Part shown: piece by piece, positions 45,856 to 53,718 of the stretch
How positions within the stretch are numbered: position 1 is the first letter of the stretch
Layout: each line of letters opens with the position of its first letter
IMG/VR virus record: IMGVR_UViG_3300045988_137032
Span: 197,693 to 261,692 of that record
Length of the DNA stretch: 64,000 nt
DNA from: a virus
Strand: one strand, 5' to 3'
The notes under the pieces: model-generated
Database searches by the model: none
What the model was told of the DNA's origin: nothing
Seen by the model: only the letters and a program-made list of their open reading frames with translations
Position numbers and translations under genes: made by a program

Positions 45856-46373
45856 ATTAAATCACCTCCTATCACATCCAATACGATATTCCAAGTATTT
45901 CTCTCATAACAGGATTTTGCATATTGGTCTAATATACTGGAATCACTCTTATCTCTTACAAAGTTACCCAATACGTAATATAATAAATCAGCAAGAGCTT
46001 CCCTATATTCGCCAATAAATGGTGGAATTGGTTTGAATCCATGCTGATGACATTCACTCATAAAGATTCTCATGGATTTATTATGGATGAGATTATACTC
46101 TTCTACTGTAATCGGAATATTGAAATGAAAGACTTCATGATTTTTATCTACACCAAGTCCTTCATACAACATCAATTTTGCATCGATATATCGAGATACA
46201 AATCCATTATACCATTCTTGGGTTTCTTCATGACGTGCTATTTTGTACTTACACATTTTTCGTGTACATTGAAAAGCTTCTTTCAAATCTTTTTCTGTTG
46301 TATAAGCATACACTTTCCATATATCATTATCTTCGGAATACCGATAAATAATCCAGAATTTAATAAGTTCCAT
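45852..46373 (-). CDS. paralog-family protein, member 3
   Basis: AAAGGAGG SD. Promoter-like core 26 nt upstream. 'VYAYTTEKDLKEAF', 'FIGEYREALADLLYYVLG'. Confidence 0.65.
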   Translation of the reverse strand: MELIKFWIIYRYSEDNDIWKVYAYTTEKDLKEAFQCTRKMCKYKIARHEETQEWYNGFVSRYIDAKLMLYEGLGVDKNHEVFHFNIPITVEEYNLIHNKSMRIFMSECHQHGFKPIPPFIGEYREALADLLYYVLGNFVRDKSDSSILDQYAKSCYERNTWNIVLDVIGGDLI

Positions 46374-46399
46374 AATAAACCTCCTTTCATATTCTATTT

Positions 46400-46410
46400 A
46401 TATAATATAT
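46400..46410 (-). promoter_or_regulatory. promoter-like core ATATATTATAT (paralog array)
   Basis: Exact core 26 nt upstream of the ATG at 46373. Context: TTTATATATTATATAAATAGAATATGAAAGGAGG. Confidence 0.55.
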
Positions 46411-46539
46411 AAATATGGGTATCAGATAAAATTTAAAAGTAATAGACCTATCGTATTAAGAGCCGAAGGCGTATCTAGCATATCTTTCATAAAGTAATAG
46501 AAATAGACGTAATAAATATAAATCATGGGGTCTGGGACA

Positions 46540-46895
46540 GAGGTAAAAATATACGGACAGTTGACACTTTCTATTCTAATAGAAAAGATCAATACTGGCC
46601 GTATATTTTTGGCTCTCTGAAGTCCCAGGGCCCGTCCGGCCTGAGGACATTTCAAACGACAAGATATATTAATTATATTATTTATATAAGAATACCGGTA
46701 GAATGGATTCTCATCCATTCTACCTCTCATTTCACTCCTACCGGAATAGTCGCTCTCGCTCCTATTCCTTTCGCCATGCGTAGATGGGTTTTGGGCCTCC
46801 GCTTGGCTCCGGCCGTCACCCATCTACTGGCGAATAGGAGCTCATTCGTATTCTATTATATTATTATCAAATAGCGAAATCTGCGTGATTTCTTT
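46540..46895. ncRNA. candidate structured non-coding RNA region (unclassified, strand unresolved)
   Basis: GC-rich patches in AT-rich non-coding DNA with stacked helices. 12 bp: 46545-56/46599-610. Hairpin 46622-46649. 11 bp: 46697-707/46714-724. ~84-nt irregular hairpin 46758-46841 (helices of 10+4+10 bp). Hairpin 46876-46892. Confidence 0.35.
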
Positions 46896-46947
46896 CAGAT
46901 AGGGAAGCCGAAGGTTTGGTGGCGGCATATATAATATTATTATATAG

Positions 46948-47294
46948 TCACTAAACCGTGAAATGAAATCGCTAGTTTCAATTAATCAATTGAATTTTTT
47001 GCATTTTTAAAATTGAGCTACTCACTAAACCGTGAAACGTTTTGTCCCTAGGAACACTAGAGTTTACAAAAAGGCACTTTCGTGAAGTCAATAAATTAAT
47101 TGAGTTCGCAAAAATATTTCATTTCACGGTTTAGTTATTACACGGTTTAGTGAGTAGAAAATAGCCCTGGTCTTCTTGCGGAAATGGACCATTCCATTTC
47201 ACGGTTTAGTGAGTAGCAAATGTCATTTTTGACAAAAATCGGCCAAAAACGCCCGTTTCATTTCACAGTTTAGTGAAATGAAACGGGCGTTTTT
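46948..47294. repeat. cluster of six iteron-like 15-22-bp repeats (core CACTAAACCGTGAAATG)
   Basis: Plus-orientation copies at 46949-46965 and 47023-47037. Minus-orientation copies at 47120-47135, 47141-47157, 47195-47216 and 47259-47275. The last is embedded in the 22-bp hairpin. Confidence 0.8.
47245..47294. terminator. 22-bp perfect hairpin, bidirectional-type terminator
   Basis: aaaaacgcccgtttcatttcac-agttta-gtgaaatgaaacgggcgttttt. 2 nt after the stop of 47297..48529. Contains one iteron copy. Confidence 0.8.
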
Positions 47295-47296
47295 AT

Positions 47297-48529
47297 TTAA
47301 GCAAATGCACTAGATCGCTTGAGTAGATATAAAATCGGCTCTGTGTTAACTATGGATCTAGTCGGATATCTAGTTGACTTTTTATTGTATAAATCCGAAT
47401 AATATTGACCAAGCTCATTTATGTCAATAATAATGACATTATTCGACTTCAAGTCGCAGACATTAATATTCGATGATAAATCTATTATCTTCGAATTTCT
47501 ATGTCCAAAAACTGATCCAGCATATAAATCAATTATAAAGTTACAGCGCAAATATCCACCCAATAGTATATTCAAAATAGGCAATAATTCTTTTCCAGGA
47601 TTTGATACATAGTCCCTAACGTATTTAGCATCTGAGAAACAAACTCTAATTTGAAGAGTTCTGTCTATATCAGTTATACTATCGAAGTTTTGTACTGACC
47701 TATAATATCTATCAGCTGCATCGCTACCACATTTTCTGCGTATCTTCTTTAATGCATGATTATGGAAGTATTCCTTCATATCATATATACCTACAGAAAT
47801 ATGCTTTGAATGCGGTCCTTCTTTGGTTGGATCATTGAATTCAACTTTCCAGACGCTATTATCGTCTTTAGAATTACATTGAGTTATTCCATTCGTTAAT
47901 CCAATCAAACGATTATATCCAATATAAAATCTGTGATAGTCAGGCATAAGCACATTAGCAGATACTACGATATTCTTAATTTTTACATATTTTGGATTGA
48001 TTGTACAACCGCTCGGATCAAATAAGTATTTTGATGTCTCTTCACCAAAAACCATATCAAATAGAAACTTTATGTTTCTATTCTTTGTATCTGATTCTGC
48101 ATTATATAATGAATCGTAATATGTATTATTATCGGAATTTATCCCACACAATAATGAATTCTGTGAATCGTCATCATATAGATTAATCGGATTTACGTTA
48201 AGAAATTCCACATCAACTTCTGTTCTAAAATAGTATTTATCCTTCCTCGATTTCTTATCATCTGATTTATAATATACACGAGGCCTTGGATACCTTATAA
48301 GAATTCCAAACTTATTGCAAAATAGATAGAAATAGGGATCGTTTGGATTCCTTGGTTTAATTCCTCTTATGAAAGAGGAATTAAAATCATTCAACATTTG
48401 AGAAACGTGATTATAATAATTACTCACAAATTGTTCTTTCGTTAAATGGATTACCATATCAAAGGATGAGATTGCCGGGTCTGAATATGTATCTGAGGCA
48501 TATGCGAAATTCTTTGAGCCTATATTCAT
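47297..48529 (-). CDS. AT-rich orphan protein (410 aa) inside the non-coding island
   Basis: Strong AAAGGAG SD 8 nt upstream. A perfect 22-bp hairpin begins 2 nt after the stop. Markedly more A/T-rich and N/K/Y/I-rich than surrounding genes. Confidence 0.7.
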   Translation of the reverse strand: MNIGSKNFAYASDTYSDPAISSFDMVIHLTKEQFVSNYYNHVSQMLNDFNSSFIRGIKPRNPNDPYFYLFCNKFGILIRYPRPRVYYKSDDKKSRKDKYYFRTEVDVEFLNVNPINLYDDDSQNSLLCGINSDNNTYYDSLYNAESDTKNRNIKFLFDMVFGEETSKYLFDPSGCTINPKYVKIKNIVVSANVLMPDYHRFYIGYNRLIGLTNGITQCNSKDDNSVWKVEFNDPTKEGPHSKHISVGIYDMKEYFHNHALKKIRRKCGSDAADRYYRSVQNFDSITDIDRTLQIRVCFSDAKYVRDYVSNPGKELLPILNILLGGYLRCNFIIDLYAGSVFGHRNSKIIDLSSNINVCDLKSNNVIIIDINELGQYYSDLYNKKSTRYPTRSIVNTEPILYLLKRSSAFA

Positions 48530-48803
48530 TTTAAGGACTCCTTTCAGATTGATTTGGTCGTTAGTTTGGGGAGATAAGAAGCATTTGTGAGTTTTTATTT
48601 ACTATGATCACTACATTATCGTAATGATATTACGTTTACTCCTTTATTTGATTGACTTCGGTTGGTTAAATAAAGGCTTTACATTTTCACCTTTCATTGG
48701 TGAATTTGTATTGCTGTCATGAGCTCTGCTTATGATATTCATTGTGGATGAATGTTTTTGGAGCCAACCATAAATATTAGTTCGTGGTGAAAAATGTTAT
48801 ATC

Positions 48804-48857
48804 ATTAAATGAGCACTGAAGTATTTAACCCTTAGCTTCAGTGCTCATTTAATTTTT
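48804..48857. terminator. 18-bp hairpin in non-coding DNA
   Basis: attaaatgagcactgaag/cttcagtgctcatttaat with a T-run on the plus strand. No obvious plus-strand gene upstream. Confidence 0.5.
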
Positions 48858-49076
48858 AATATTAGCTGTACATACTTGTAATCGGTGTAGTTGTCATGAT
48901 ACCATAGAATAAATGCTCTTGGACACCGATCGACGGAAAGTGCTAACTAATTTAGTTAGTTTGATTAAGCGTATACCCGGCATTAATCAAATAGATTTCT
49001 ATTACTTTTTGTCCGACTTCAGGGGGAAAACAAGAGCCAATTGGAAGATCTGAAGCTAAGAAGCTAAGCAGATACG

Positions 49077-49211
49077 ATGAAAGAACGGGAAAGAAAAGAA
49101 GAAAGACAGAGAAAGAAAAGGAATAAAAGAAGAAAGAAAGATAGAAAAAGGAAGAGGAAAAGAATGAGATCGACAGAAGACGTCGACGAAATCCTCTTCC
49201 AAGTTGGCTGA
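49077..49211 (+). CDS. possible 44-aa Arg/Lys-rich peptide encoded by the polypurine tract
   Basis: My own translation: MKERERKEERQRKKRNKRRKKDRKRKRKRMRSTEDVDEILFQVG. The stop overlaps a hairpin plus T-run (49208-49235). No clear SD. Confidence 0.2.
   Translation: MKERERKEERQRKKRNKRRKKDRKRKRKRMRSTEDVDEILFQVG
49079..49169 (+). repeat. polypurine (A/G) tract, ~91 nt
   Basis: By my count only about five pyrimidines on the plus strand across this span (aagaacgggaaagaaaagaagaaagacagagaaagaaaaggaataaaaga...). Confidence 0.8.
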
Positions 49212-49459
49212 CCAGACATGTGGTCAGATTTTTTACCGTAATTTTGAAAAAATTCCATCTACTAGAATCCGAATTTATTTTTCAGATTTTTAGTAGATGG
49301 AAAATTTTTATAGTCTTTTTTGGTTAATTGATTACTACTAATAGATATATGCATGAAAAATATGAAAAAACGTGTTAAAGAAAAATCGAAAAATGTAACT
49401 AAACCTTCAATTTGAAGGAAAAGTAAAAATTCGTAAATTTCAAGTTTGAAAAAGTTTGA

Positions 49460-49533
49460 TTTTTATATCTAAAATCCGAAATTTTAGATATAAAAATAGA
49501 GTAACCGAGTTTTATTTACCTCAGTTACTCTAT
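49460..49533 (-). terminator. tandem hairpins after 49544..50503
   Basis: Hairpin B atagagtaac.../...gttactctat (49496-49533) and hairpin A, a 16-bp stem tttttatatctaaaat/attttagatataaaaa (49460-49496). Confidence 0.7.
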
Positions 49534-49543
49534 TTTTGTCAGC

Positions 49544-50503
49544 TTAAGATGCGGAGAAATTTTTATCCGGATCAGAATTTTCATCCTTAGCAGTACCTGC
49601 CATGGGAAGATTCTTAACCCAAGTTTCGAGACTCTGCATGTACTTCTCTTTCCACTTGCTCATCTGATTCGGATCATCGTTTTCGGAAATCGGCTTGACA
49701 TAAAGTGCCTTGAAACCGTTCTCCATAACCTTCCACTCCCAATACTTCGGAGTAGTATTGAAGCGATAATTCTTTGAGAATACGATTCTTGCAGAAGAAG
49801 CTGTCTTACCGTTGATAACACCGTCTTTATTTTTATCCCGCTTGAAATGGGAATCCATATAACCGGGAGAAGAATACTTCACACGATAACCCTTGCCCTC
49901 AAGATCAAGCACGATATGCTTAATTGGATCTGGAGTCTTCTCATTGGAATCATCTTTTTTACCAGATTCATCAGCTTCAAAGATAGTCTTCCACAGAGGG
50001 TCTACAAGATTGGTTGCTGTATAAGCCATCCTAAGTTCATCTCCTTTGATAGTATTTACAGATTCTTTGAAATGCTTCGGCAAGTATTTCTTTAGTCTGT
50101 TTTTATCTCCAACCATATCCGGTTGAATATGATATTCATGCATTTTCTTAATGATTGCTTTAGCCAACTGTTTTTCATGAGGTTTATCCACATGGTTAAA
50201 CATCCGAATTGCAAGAATGACATGCTTCTTATCTGGCATGGGATATTTCTTTAATTCAGGAATGCCGAAATCTTCTTCTTTTACCTTACTACGATCAATG
50301 GAAGATTCATTCAGGTTTACTAGTTTACTTAAAGCTTCATTGCTTGTATTGATAAAATCGGTAGCATTCTTTGCATCGAATTCCATTCTCGGTAAATGGC
50401 CCGTTAAAGGAATCACAGGAAGCATAGCTCCAACGGAGAATTCTTCCAATTCATCTTTGGAAATATCTAGATCAGAATCATCGTATATATCGATATTATC
50501 CAT
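49544..50503 (-). CDS. hypothetical protein
   Basis: AAAGGAGAG SD; 319 aa. Contains 'DFGIPELKKYPMPDKKHVILAIRMFNHV'. Double hairpin terminator downstream. Confidence 0.7.
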   Translation of the reverse strand: MDNIDIYDDSDLDISKDELEEFSVGAMLPVIPLTGHLPRMEFDAKNATDFINTSNEALSKLVNLNESSIDRSKVKEEDFGIPELKKYPMPDKKHVILAIRMFNHVDKPHEKQLAKAIIKKMHEYHIQPDMVGDKNRLKKYLPKHFKESVNTIKGDELRMAYTATNLVDPLWKTIFEADESGKKDDSNEKTPDPIKHIVLDLEGKGYRVKYSSPGYMDSHFKRDKNKDGVINGKTASSARIVFSKNYRFNTTPKYWEWKVMENGFKALYVKPISENDDPNQMSKWKEKYMQSLETWVKNLPMAGTAKDENSDPDKNFSAS

Positions 50504-50699
50504 ATTTCATTTACTCTCCTTTCTTGATTGCTGATTATATAAGTGTGAAATAAACCCTACACAAATTCCGGACGAATGGAATTGTGTAGGGTTTATTTTC
50601 ATAGGAATACACACATTTTGGAATTGAAAAATGATGGAGAACAAAGCTTGGCAGTGCAACTGCTACTGAAGCTCTACCATATTGTCACATCATTTATTA

Positions 50700-51893
50700 T
50701 TAATCAGAGGAAATCGTTAAGTAGTGCTTTACTTTCTCTGGACTCATTTCCTTATGGTATTCTGTATTTAAGAAGTTTGATACTTTATCTTCGGTAGATA
50801 AGTTTGGATCAAAGATGAAACCATATTTATTCTTCATCTCATTTAGAACCTCTTTATCTGCTTTATACTTCACATCGGAAGTATCATTATCGATTTTGAT
50901 CTTCACAGAAGAATTATCTCGATAGCGTTCACTAAGAACTTTCTTGAATGCAGCATCGTTTTCGTATCCATCAGGAAAATTGAATACATATCGAGTATGC
51001 TCAATACCGAGATCTTTCATCGTTTTATCTCTACGATTCATTTCATCAATCAAATCATCTGTAGATGAGAAAAGCTTTTCATTAGCATTAAATGAAATAG
51101 TCATATACTTTGGAGCAAGTTCATTCTCAATGAATTCATGATGGAAGTATAACTTCTTTGGATTGCATGTAATATGATAGAAGCCTTTAGGAGTTTCTTC
51201 ATTGAAGCACCATCTAGTGTAACTTCCACAGTAATACACAGATTCATCTACTTCAGAATTCACATGATAATGACCGAAGTATACTTCTCCTCTGCATACA
51301 TTTTCAAGTTCTTCCGATGAGAATGTAGGAACCCGTTTCCGAGTACCATCAAACTTTGCTGGAGATAAAGCAATCATAATATCTGTAATGATACCATGGC
51401 CAAAGATATAATCATACTCTTTATCAGAATACAGATAATCTCTGTAAGTATCTTCTTTTGATAAGATGTATTCTTCTGGGATATAAAGCACTTTCATATC
51501 AGGTAGTAATTCTTCATCAGATACAGAATGAATTACTTTGAAATCAATATCCGTTCTATTTTCATAAATACTGAATACTGTATATTGATTTACTTCATGA
51601 GATTCTGTTCCATAGACGATTCTAATAGGACAGTATTTTCCAATCTCTGGTTTATGGTTTTTCTTTGCAATTTTTACGATCTTATCCATAAGAGAGATTG
51701 CAAAAGATGATGCATCTTCTCCAAGGGTTAATCTGTGATCAAAGTAATCACCAGAAATAATAATGAAATCAAGTTTTTCAAGGGTTTCGATATAATGGAT
51801 GAATACTTCATCCAATTCATATTTCAAATGAGTTGTATCTACTGCTCCGATATGGATATCAGCAATTACAACTCCTTCATAGTTTGTGCTCAT
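50700..51893 (-). CDS. Mre11/SbcD-like metallophosphoesterase nuclease (T4 gp47-like)
   Basis: Calcineurin-fold motifs 'ADIHIG', 'GDYFDH', 'GTESHE', 'IFGHG', 'FGHYH'. Confidence 0.75.
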   Translation of the reverse strand: MSTNYEGVVIADIHIGAVDTTHLKYELDEVFIHYIETLEKLDFIIISGDYFDHRLTLGEDASSFAISLMDKIVKIAKKNHKPEIGKYCPIRIVYGTESHEVNQYTVFSIYENRTDIDFKVIHSVSDEELLPDMKVLYIPEEYILSKEDTYRDYLYSDKEYDYIFGHGIITDIMIALSPAKFDGTRKRVPTFSSEELENVCRGEVYFGHYHVNSEVDESVYYCGSYTRWCFNEETPKGFYHITCNPKKLYFHHEFIENELAPKYMTISFNANEKLFSSTDDLIDEMNRRDKTMKDLGIEHTRYVFNFPDGYENDAAFKKVLSERYRDNSSVKIKIDNDTSDVKYKADKEVLNEMKNKYGFIFDPNLSTEDKVSNFLNTEYHKEMSPEKVKHYLTISSD

Positions 51894-51980
51894 AATCTCA
51901 CCTCATGTATTAGGGTTAAGATTACGTAAAGTAGAAAATAGACTAGGATAGCAGAATATACTATCCTAGTCTATTTAAGT

Positions 51981-52574
51981 TTAAGCACCCATAATCACAC
52001 AGAGTGTGGTGGACTTGATCTTACCTGCATTCCAATCAGTGTCGTATGCAGACATAGAAGCATATGCAGAGAAGCTCTCAGTTGCTGCGGTAGCAGCATT
52101 CTTAGCTTCAGCAGCTGCTGTCTTTGCAGCATTTGCCGTAGTGGTTGCAGTTGCAGCAGCAGTCTTAGCGGCATCAGCAGTGGACTTTGCGGTATTTGCA
52201 GTGCTAACTGCATTGGATGCAGCAGTAGATGCAGAAGTAGCCGCTTCCTTAGCCTGAGTTGCTGCAGTAGAAGCTGCATTAGCAGTCTTAACAGCAGCAT
52301 CTGCGGAAGTCTTAGCCGTATTTGCAGTACTCAGTGCAGTATCGGCATTAGACTTCGCTGTGTTTGCAGTGCTAGTAGCAGTCTCTGCCTTACTTGCAGC
52401 AGTAGAGATGTTACTTTCCATCGTCTTGACTTTTGTGTCAAGTGTACCACCACTACCATCACTCAGGACGATCAGAGAGCTCAGGGTACGGGGAAGAAAC
52501 GGTGTCTTACCAGTAATATTACCAGCGCTATCAAAAACCTTCTGGTAGAGAACGCCCATATAGGCATTAGCCAT
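51981..52574 (-). CDS. Ala/Thr-rich heptad-repeat fibrous protein
   Basis: About 14 consecutive heptads of pattern A-[NDTS]-[TA]-A-x-x-x ('ANTAKSN ADTALST ANTAKTS ADAAVKT ...') between globular ends. Confidence 0.65.
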   Translation of the reverse strand: MANAYMGVLYQKVFDSAGNITGKTPFLPRTLSSLIVLSDGSGGTLDTKVKTMESNISTAASKAETATSTANTAKSNADTALSTANTAKTSADAAVKTANAASTAATQAKEAATSASTAASNAVSTANTAKSTADAAKTAAATATTTANAAKTAAAEAKNAATAATESFSAYASMSAYDTDWNAGKIKSTTLCVIMGA

Positions 52575-52600
52575 AATTATATTACCACCTTTCGTTTAGA

Positions 52601-53581
52601 TTACATTACACGAGCCAGTTCTGAATAGAAACGATTGATGCTCTTTGTATTTTTTATGATATCGTTAAGTGCCGCCTGACTGATCAGGAAGGTACTCAGA
52701 ATCACGTTTTCAATCACAAAGAATACATAAGGGAGATAATCGATACTCAGAATTGAAGAACCGTGATATGTTTTAATATATCTCTCGATATAATACCTGA
52801 GATTCAGATTACTCATTCTCGGAGAAAGGTTCTTAATGAATCCCAGCAAATCGGAGATAGATTTGATTTCAGCTTTGCCATAATCATCATCAAGCATATT
52901 CAGCTCGAAGTTATCCACAAAGTTTAACCCTTGTGCAGCATAGCTGGAAGTCAAAGAAGGATTGGGATATTCCCACAGTCTCTCCAGATAGAATCTCTTT
53001 ACGCAGTAAGTCACTTTGTCATAAAGAGCTTTATCCAGAGTGAGCGCATATTCCTTATTCAGAATACGTGTCATCATCTCGCTATACACAGTAGCAGTGG
53101 TTGTCATGAGCTCTGAATTCTTCATCACCTTTACAGGATCTGTCTGAAGCTTCAAAGCAATATACGCACCTTCCATAAGACCATAAAGTTGTTTTGCAGG
53201 AATGACAAGTTCTTCATCGTTCTTCATGGTGGCAAAAGCATTCACAAAGATCGTTGATACAACTTTACCATCCGCTTTACGTCTCACAATGAAAGGGAGG
53301 GCGACACCGACTTTATCTGTATTATTCCAGAGAATTTCGATGTCTCCATTGTTAAAGGCTTCCAATACTTTCTGTGACAGAGGAGAGATACTAGATCCAC
53401 GTTTGATCGTAGCATACTGGTCTTCGATATAAGACTTTTCAAGTGCGACGCCATTGGAAAGATACTTAACGATCTTTTCAACAACGCCATTCGCTTGATT
53501 GAATGTCTTATACACGAGGGAATCTTCCAACGTATTTTCACAGACGTAATCTTCGTCTGTTAAGAATCGTGAAATATCCAT
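52601..53581 (-). CDS. hypothetical protein
   Basis: AAAGGAGA SD; 326 aa. Confidence 0.7.
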   Translation of the reverse strand: MDISRFLTDEDYVCENTLEDSLVYKTFNQANGVVEKIVKYLSNGVALEKSYIEDQYATIKRGSSISPLSQKVLEAFNNGDIEILWNNTDKVGVALPFIVRRKADGKVVSTIFVNAFATMKNDEELVIPAKQLYGLMEGAYIALKLQTDPVKVMKNSELMTTTATVYSEMMTRILNKEYALTLDKALYDKVTYCVKRFYLERLWEYPNPSLTSSYAAQGLNFVDNFELNMLDDDYGKAEIKSISDLLGFIKNLSPRMSNLNLRYYIERYIKTYHGSSILSIDYLPYVFFVIENVILSTFLISQAALNDIIKNTKSINRFYSELARVM

Positions 53582-53665
53582 GTATATCTCCTTTCTATAG
53601 GTTATTTACTTAGCTAAGTAAGTGACTTACCCTATTGTTTTTAAGGGGTATTTTAGGGATAAAAA

Positions 53666-53691
53666 AGAGACTGCGATTTCTCGCAGTCTCT
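53666..53691 (-). terminator. intrinsic terminator
   Basis: 11-bp stem agagactgcga/tcgcagtctct, loop tttc, then T6 on the minus strand. Confidence 0.8.
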
Positions 53692-53718
53692 AAAATTATC
53701 CGATTGGAGTAACCTAGA

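Noticed and set aside
46614-46660. Hammerhead-like core ('ctgaagtcc ... ') in the structured region
   Set aside because: The CUGANGA box is imperfect (U instead of A9), and no GAAA follows the putative stem II. It does not fit the hammerhead consensus.
46422-46823. 133-aa minus-strand ORF in the structured region
   Set aside because: It has no SD, and its translation mixes Arg/Gly-rich and Ile/Tyr-rich junk. The DNA is better explained by the stacked helices described in the findings.
46948-47294. Possible CRISPR array
   Set aside because: The repeats are 15-22 bp, occur in both orientations, and are irregularly spaced (6 to 74 bp apart). There are no cas genes. This is not CRISPR architecture.
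49064-49258. 64-aa hydrophobic minus-strand ORF
   Set aside because: It is the pyrimidine-strand reading of the polypurine tract (Phe/Leu/Ser runs) and has no SD. It is kept only as an alternative in the polypurine finding.
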